From: Gemmatimonadota bacterium
GTDB lineage: Bacteria; Gemmatimonadota; Gemmatimonadetes; Palauibacterales; Palauibacteraceae
Reading direction: 5' to 3'
Assembly: GCA_963666735.1 (NCBI GenBank)
Contig: OY762926.1
Coordinates: 2,016,001 to 2,080,000, forward strand
DNA length: 64,000 nt
Shown here piece after piece: positions 58,594 through 64,000 of this stretch. The notes under the pieces were generated by a model. That model saw only the letters and a program-made list of their open reading frames with translations, was not told the origin of the DNA and made no database searches. Position numbers and translations under genes: made by a program. The stretch's first letter is position 1, and each line of letters begins with the position of its first letter.

Positions 58594-61239
58594 GTGGCGC
58601 GGCTCCGCCTGAACTGCGGGCGGGTCGCGGGCTGGACGCTGCTCTTCGCCGCCTCCGCGACGATCTCGGCCGCCGCGCCTTTCGTCGCTGAGGCGCAGTC
58701 GAGCCCGCCGGGCCGGGTACCCCCGGACACGCTCGCGCCCGAGGTCCGCGAAGAGAGGGATGTGTCCGTGGAGACCCTCTTGCGAGCGGAAATTCTCGAC
58801 ACCGGACAGGCCGAACTCGCTTCCGCCCTCAGCGAACTCCTGCCATCCGCCTACTTCCCGCGCCGTCAGGTCGCGGACCTCACATCGGCCGTTCGACCCT
58901 TCCGGCTGCGCGGGCTGTCGCCGGACCACACGCTCGTCCTCCTGAACGGGAAACGCCGCCACGCCACCGCGGTCGTGCACACGCCGGGCGGCGGCGCTTT
59001 TCCGGGCGCGAGCGGCGTGGACATGAACGCCTTCCCGCTTCACGCGATCGACCGCCTGGAGGTCGAACGCGACGGGGGCGCGACGCGGCACGGCTCCGAC
59101 GCGATCGCGGGAGTCATCGACCTGCGTCTCCGAAACACGGTCTCCGCGCCCGAGTTCATCGCCTCCGTCGGCCACCACTTTCCGGGCGACTGGGACGACG
59201 ACGGGCTGCGCTACGACTTCTCCGGACACTGGGGACTCGGGGTCGGCCGCGGGGCTGTCCTGAACCTCACGGGCGCGTTCAGCCAGCGGGAATCCACGAA
59301 CCGCGCGGGCGCCGACGGCCGCGATCAAATCCTCCCGGGGGACGCGGATTTCGTCGACGGGGGTGTCGTCATCCGCAAACACAACGAGGTGGCGCAGCCG
59401 AACCACCTGTGGGGCGACGGCGAGTCCTCCAACTTCATGCTGTTCGCCAACTTCGAACTCCCCCTTTCGGCGCGCGCCGGCCCCGGCGGCGCTGAACTCT
59501 ACGCATTCGGCGGCTACAGCCGGCGCCGGGAACGGAACGCGGGGTTCTTCGTGCGTTCGATGGACGACCGCAACTGGCCGGGGATCCACCCGCTCGGCTT
59601 TCTTCCGCGCTTCGACTCCGACACGCGGGACGTTTCTTTCGTCACGGGCTTGCGGCGCGGCGGGGACGGTCGGCCCGGGGCCGGATCCGGGACCGGTTCG
59701 CGGTATCGCTCCGAGCCCGGCTTCGACGGGGGCTGGAACTGGGACCTGAACGCCCAGTACGGGGCGAATAGACTCGACAACGACCTCTTCGACACGCTCA
59801 ACCCGTCGCTCGGGCCCTGCCTCGAGTCGGCGTGCGCCCCCGGCGCGGACGGGGTGCTCGGGACGGCGGACGATCCGGGGATTCCGAACCGGACCCGGTT
59901 CTCGACGGGCTCACTCGCGAACCGCCAGCTCCTCGCGAATGCGGACGTGTGGCGCCGGATCGAGACGGGACTCGGCGCGGGGCCGGTGAGCCTCGGCCTC
60001 GGGGCGACGTTCCGCCTCGACGGCTACCGGGTTCTGGCGGGCGAGCACGCGTCGAGGATCGATGGCTTTCACCCGACCCAGAGCGGTGGCGTCGCGGCCG
60101 CCGGCTCCCAGCGCTTCACGGGCTTCCGGCCGGAGGAAAGCGGGAGCTGGCACCGCACGAGTTTCGGCCTCCACGGTGGAGTCGACGCGCCGCTTGCGAG
60201 TCGGCTCCTGGTCTCCGCGGCGGGACGCTACGAACGCTTCGGCGACGTCGGCGGTACCCTGAACGGGAAGCTCGCGCTGCGCCTGGCTCTCTCCCGGATC
60301 ACGGTCGTCCGGGCGAGCGTGTCCACGGGATTCCGGCCGCCCGCGTTGAGCCAGTCCCACTACGGACACGTCGCGGCGGGGCGGCGCGAAGATCCGGACG
60401 AGCCGGGCGCCAGCCTCGGGTGGGAGGCGGGTACGTTTCCGGTGGAGGCTCCGGAAGCCCGGGCCGTCGGCGCGTCGCCCCTCCGGGGGGAGAGGTCGCG
60501 CTCCGTCAGCGCGGGGTTTGCGCTCGCGCCGGCCGACGACCTGCACTTCTCGGTCGACGGTTATGCGACGGACGTCGACGACGCCATTCTCCTGTCCAAC
60601 CCATTGGTCAGCGGCGTGAGCGGCCTCGTCGATCATCTGCTGGCGGATCTTGCGGTGGAGTCCGTTCGTTTCTTCTCGAACGCGATCGACCTGCGGTCCT
60701 ACGGCATCGATGCGGGGGCCACCTGGCGACCGCGGGTCGGGAACGCATCACGCCTCGAGTTCAGCGCGTCGGCGCACTGGGGGCAGGTCCGCGGCCGCTG
60801 CCCCGACGACGACATTGCCGCCTGCGTGAAGGAGAACGAAGCGCTGCGGGACGAATCGTACAGGATCTACGACGGGTTCGACGTCTTCTTTCTCGAGGAG
60901 GGACGCCCGGACTGGCGGGGCGTGTTCCGGACGAAGTTCACGAGCGGAGCGTTCGAGTTCGGCCTCGGGGCACACTATTTCGGGGCGCAGGAGGAACTGC
61001 GCGCGCTCGGCGTCGGCGAACACCCCCACAGAATCCGACGCCACGAACCGAAAGTCCTCTTCGATGCGGGAGTCCACGTCGACCTGGCGGGAGGGTGGCG
61101 CTTCTCGGCCGGCGGCGAGAACCTCTTCGATTCCTTCCCGGCGCGGGTGGACTCGTTCGGAGGGATCTTCCCCTACCGCTCGTTCTCGGCGATGGGGTTC
61201 AACGGCCGCTACCTGTACGCGCGCCTGCAGGTCTCCTAG
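58594..61239 (+). CDS. TonB-dependent receptor
   Basis: Plug LRGLSPDHTLVLLNGKRRH, IDRLEV.RDG....HGSDAIAGVI; barrel RASVSTGFRPP, GGENLFD, GFNGRYLYAR. Confidence 0.92.
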   Translation: MARLRLNCGRVAGWTLLFAASATISAAAPFVAEAQSSPPGRVPPDTLAPEVREERDVSVETLLRAEILDTGQAELASALSELLPSAYFPRRQVADLTSAVRPFRLRGLSPDHTLVLLNGKRRHATAVVHTPGGGAFPGASGVDMNAFPLHAIDRLEVERDGGATRHGSDAIAGVIDLRLRNTVSAPEFIASVGHHFPGDWDDDGLRYDFSGHWGLGVGRGAVLNLTGAFSQRESTNRAGADGRDQILPGDADFVDGGVVIRKHNEVAQPNHLWGDGESSNFMLFANFELPLSARAGPGGAELYAFGGYSRRRERNAGFFVRSMDDRNWPGIHPLGFLPRFDSDTRDVSFVTGLRRGGDGRPGAGSGTGSRYRSEPGFDGGWNWDLNAQYGANRLDNDLFDTLNPSLGPCLESACAPGADGVLGTADDPGIPNRTRFSTGSLANRQLLANADVWRRIETGLGAGPVSLGLGATFRLDGYRVLAGEHASRIDGFHPTQSGGVAAAGSQRFTGFRPEESGSWHRTSFGLHGGVDAPLASRLLVSAAGRYERFGDVGGTLNGKLALRLALSRITVVRASVSTGFRPPALSQSHYGHVAAGRREDPDEPGASLGWEAGTFPVEAPEARAVGASPLRGERSRSVSAGFALAPADDLHFSVDGYATDVDDAILLSNPLVSGVSGLVDHLLADLAVESVRFFSNAIDLRSYGIDAGATWRPRVGNASRLEFSASAHWGQVRGRCPDDDIAACVKENEALRDESYRIYDGFDVFFLEEGRPDWRGVFRTKFTSGAFEFGLGAHYFGAQEELRALGVGEHPHRIRRHEPKVLFDAGVHVDLAGGWRFSAGGENLFDSFPARVDSFGGIFPYRSFSAMGFNGRYLYARLQVS

Positions 61240-62435
61240 CCGCCCGGCCAGGGGGGGCCCTGTTCGGCCGGTACACGGCCCATGCCCATGTAGACGAACT
61301 TCTGGATCCGCTTCCCATCGTACGTCTCGGTCGTGTAGACGTTGCCCTGCGAATCGGTGGCGATGCTGTGGACGCCGATGAACTGGCCCGGCTGCCGGCC
61401 CCCGTCGCCGAAGCTGGTCAGCACCTCGAGCGAGGCACGGTCCACGACGTAGACTCGGTGGTTCGACCCGTCGGCGACGTACATGTACCGCTGGCCGGGA
61501 TCGCGTGAGAATGCGATATCCCAGGTCGAGCCGGCACCGAGTGTGCGCGGCGCAATCATCACCTCATCCACGTACGTCCCGTCCGTCCGGAAGATCTGGA
61601 TCCGGTCGCCGGCACGGTCGCAAACGTAGATCAGGCCGTCCAGCGAGGGGTCGGCGCAGTGTACGGGCGTACGGAACTGCTGGAGGGGTGGCGCATCGGG
61701 ATCGTAGGGCGGCGGGGGCGTGTCGTCCGGCGGGTTGCCGTAGGCGCCCCAGTAACGCTTGAACGCGCCCGTCGACGCGTCGAGCACCGCCACGCGGCGG
61801 CCGCCGTAGCCATCCGCGACGTAGGCTTCGTTGGCCTCCGCGTCGAAGGCGACCTTCGCCACCCGGTTGAAGCGCGTCTCGCTGTGGCTGTCCGGATCGA
61901 GCCCCAATTGCGGCTGGCCGTACGAAGCGAGGAACTCGCCGTCGCGCGAGAACTTGAGGATGTGCGAATCGCTCGCTCCGTTGCCGCCGATCCACACGTT
62001 GTCCATGTGGTCGATGGTGATCCCGTGGTTCGATTCGGGCCACACGTAGCCGTCGGACGGGCCTCCCCACGAGTTCACGAGATTGCCCTCCGGATCGAAC
62101 TCGAGCACCTCCGGCGCGGCGCGGCAGCACTCGCTCGTCGGCGGATCGGCTTCCGCTCCGAGTTCGGTGCCCGGGTTGATCGAAGCTCGGCGATGGATGA
62201 TGAACACGTGGTCGCGCGAGTCGACGCCGACGCCGATCGTGGAGCCCAGGAGCCAGTGTTCGGGCAGCGGTTTGGGCCAGAACGGGTCCACCTCGAACCG
62301 CGGCGCCGCGACGCCGGCCCCGTCTCCCGCGTCGGCCGAACCCGCATCGTCCATGGCGGCCTGACCGCAGGCGAGGGCGATGACGATTCCCGCGAACGCA
62401 ACGCAGGACAGCAGGTGTCGACGCTTCGCGCTCAT
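61236..62435 (-). CDS. NHL-repeat / PAL-like beta-propeller lipoprotein (paralogue 2)
   Basis: Lipobox LAC; FEVDPFWPKPLP..W, HGITID, YVADGY, YVCDR, HSIATDS.GN.YT.E. Confidence 0.85.
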   Translation of the reverse strand: MSAKRRHLLSCVAFAGIVIALACGQAAMDDAGSADAGDGAGVAAPRFEVDPFWPKPLPEHWLLGSTIGVGVDSRDHVFIIHRRASINPGTELGAEADPPTSECCRAAPEVLEFDPEGNLVNSWGGPSDGYVWPESNHGITIDHMDNVWIGGNGASDSHILKFSRDGEFLASYGQPQLGLDPDSHSETRFNRVAKVAFDAEANEAYVADGYGGRRVAVLDASTGAFKRYWGAYGNPPDDTPPPPYDPDAPPLQQFRTPVHCADPSLDGLIYVCDRAGDRIQIFRTDGTYVDEVMIAPRTLGAGSTWDIAFSRDPGQRYMYVADGSNHRVYVVDRASLEVLTSFGDGGRQPGQFIGVHSIATDSQGNVYTTETYDGKRIQKFVYMGMGRVPAEQGPPWPGG

Positions 62436-62497
62436 TGCTTCTCCCTCCTCGTCAAGCCTCTTCGAGCCGCGGCGGCGGGAACCCGCTCGCGGAACTC

Positions 62498-63694
62498 CTA
62501 CTGGTCGCCGCGCGGCCAGGGCGGCCCCTGGTGCTCGGCCGGCACCGGACCCATGCCCATGTACACGAACTTCTGGACGCGCTTCCCCTCGTAGGTCTCG
62601 GTCGTGTAGATGTTGCCGTTCGAGTCGGTCGCAATGCTGTGAACCGCGAAGAACTGGCCCGGCTGCCGGCCGCCGTCGCCGAAGCTGGTCAGGATCTCGA
62701 GCGAGGCGCGGTCCATGATGTAGACCCGCATGTTCTTCCCGTCGGCCACGTACATGTACTGCTGCTCCGGGTCGCGCGAGAAGGCGATGTCCCACGTGGA
62801 GCCGTCGCCCAGCGTGCGCGGCGCGATCCGCACCTCGTCGACGTAGGTGCCGTCCGTCTGGAAGACCTGGATGCGGTCGTTGGGACGGTCGCACACGTAG
62901 ACGAGGCCGTCGAGCGCAGGCTCGGCACAGTGCACGGGCGTCCGGAACTGCTGGATGAGCGGCGCATCCGGGTCGTAGGGCGGCGTGCGCGTATCGTCGG
63001 GCGCGTTCCCGTACGCGCCCCAGTAGCGCTTGAAGGCGCCGGTCGAGGCGTCGAGCACGGCAACGCGGCGGCCGCCGTAGCCGTCCGCGAGATAGGCCTC
63101 GTTGGCCGCAGCGTCGAAGGCGAGCTTCGCCACGCGGTTGAAGCGCGTCTCGCTGTGGCTGTCGGGCTCCGGACCCGCTTCCGGCTCGCCGTAGGAGGCC
63201 AGGAACTCGCCATCGCGGGAGAACTTCAGGACGTGCGTGTCGTTCGGCCCGTTGCCGCCGATCCACAGGTTGTCCATGTGGTCGACGGTGATCCCGTGGT
63301 TCGAGCCGGGCCACACGTAGTCCTCGGAGGGGCCTCCCCACGCGTTGACGAGATTGCCCTCGGGATCGAACTCGAGCACGGGGGGGGCGGCCCGGCAGCA
63401 CTCGCCGATCGGCGGGTCCGCGTCGGCGCCGCCCTCGGTGCGCTCGGTGAGGTTGCCGCGGTGGACGATGAAGACGTGGTCGCGCGAGTCCACGCCCACC
63501 CCGATGGCCGAGCCGAGCACCCAGTGATCCGGCAACGGTTTCGGCCAGAACGGGTCCACCTCGAACATCGGCGCCTCGACGCCCTGTCCCTCGCTCGCCT
63601 GAGCCCCGTCGTCCATGGCCGCCTGGCCGCAGGCCAGCGCGAGGGCGATGCCCGCGACCACACCGAAGATGAGGGTTCGCCGCTTCCCGTTCAT
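62498..63694 (-). CDS. NHL-repeat / PAL-like beta-propeller lipoprotein (paralogue 1)
   Basis: Co-linear paralogue of the adjacent gene with the same motifs. Confidence 0.85.
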   Translation of the reverse strand: MNGKRRTLIFGVVAGIALALACGQAAMDDGAQASEGQGVEAPMFEVDPFWPKPLPDHWVLGSAIGVGVDSRDHVFIVHRGNLTERTEGGADADPPIGECCRAAPPVLEFDPEGNLVNAWGGPSEDYVWPGSNHGITVDHMDNLWIGGNGPNDTHVLKFSRDGEFLASYGEPEAGPEPDSHSETRFNRVAKLAFDAAANEAYLADGYGGRRVAVLDASTGAFKRYWGAYGNAPDDTRTPPYDPDAPLIQQFRTPVHCAEPALDGLVYVCDRPNDRIQVFQTDGTYVDEVRIAPRTLGDGSTWDIAFSRDPEQQYMYVADGKNMRVYIMDRASLEILTSFGDGGRQPGQFFAVHSIATDSNGNIYTTETYEGKRVQKFVYMGMGPVPAEHQGPPWPRGDQ

Positions 63695-63886
63695 GGCTGT
63701 CGCTCCTTGCGGATCCTGAGTCGCTGCCGAGTCGCCCGGTCCTGATTATTTGTGGATCAGTTCACGCTACAGATGCCGTTCGCATTCGTCCAGAGAGCGG
63801 CCGGGGTCGACGGCGGGAGCCAGCCGCGCCATCGTGCGGGCGGACGAGGGGTGCTTTCCCAACCTCCCGGAGTTCGGGGATCGCGG

Positions 63887-64000
63887 ATGAAGCGAGGTAA
63901 CAGACGCCGTCCGACCCGGCGCACAGCGTCATTGATGGGGTGCGTCCTCGCTCTATACGGCCTGACGAGTCTCGCCGGCGCGGCGCGGGCGGCGCCGGAC
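63887..64000 (+). CDS. 5' end of a secreted protein, truncated by the window edge
   Basis: MKRGNRRRPTRRTASLMGCVLALYGLTSLAGAARAAPD; signal-peptide-like and open to the edge. Confidence 0.5.
   Translation, partial: MKRGNRRRPTRRTASLMGCVLALYGLTSLAGAARAAPD

Noticed and set aside
54204..58802. 1532-aa giant protein
   Set aside because: A signal peptide begins at ATG 57362; the extension is antisense to another ORF
63695..63886. Possible ncRNA or riboswitch in larger intergenic gaps (also 7565-7687, 17902-18157, 58311-58593)
   Set aside because: No tRNA, T-box, cobalamin, TPP or other consensus recognisable by eye; an Infernal/Rfam scan would be needed

Overview
High-GC, gene-dense chromosomal window from a diderm bacterium (it has waaA, a TonB-dependent receptor, an Omp85 protein and many lipoproteins). 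The gene content resembles Gemmatimonadota, but that is an unverified inference. Housekeeping genes: leuS, acs, proBA, fumC, pyrE, nfuA-like, yggX-like, waaA, rlpA, phoX, a 5'-3' exonuclease and several transporters. The 13.5-28 kb stretch is an accessory/defence hot spot. It holds a HigBA module and an M.NaeI/NgoMIV-like C5 methylase plus vsr, between which the restriction gene appears collapsed to a 20-codon scar. It also holds a three-gene operon (MqsR-like toxin, Zn-ribbon/HTH antitoxin, KGGVGR-motif ParA-like ATPase with TPR-like tail) with a twin palindromic operator, whose antitoxin is split by an IS3 element with a 5-bp target duplication, and an AAA/DUF4143 ATPase. An IS481 sits in the stop codon of a DUF4340 gene. 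Other observations: an internally deleted adenine methylase, a Fur homologue lacking most metal ligands, three genes that seem to need CTG starts, tandem barrel-less TonB-plug proteins, an unannotated 51-aa lipoprotein and recurrent micro-duplications at gene junctions. I saw no rRNA, tRNA or CRISPR array. All calls come from motif recognition by eye; no searches were run.
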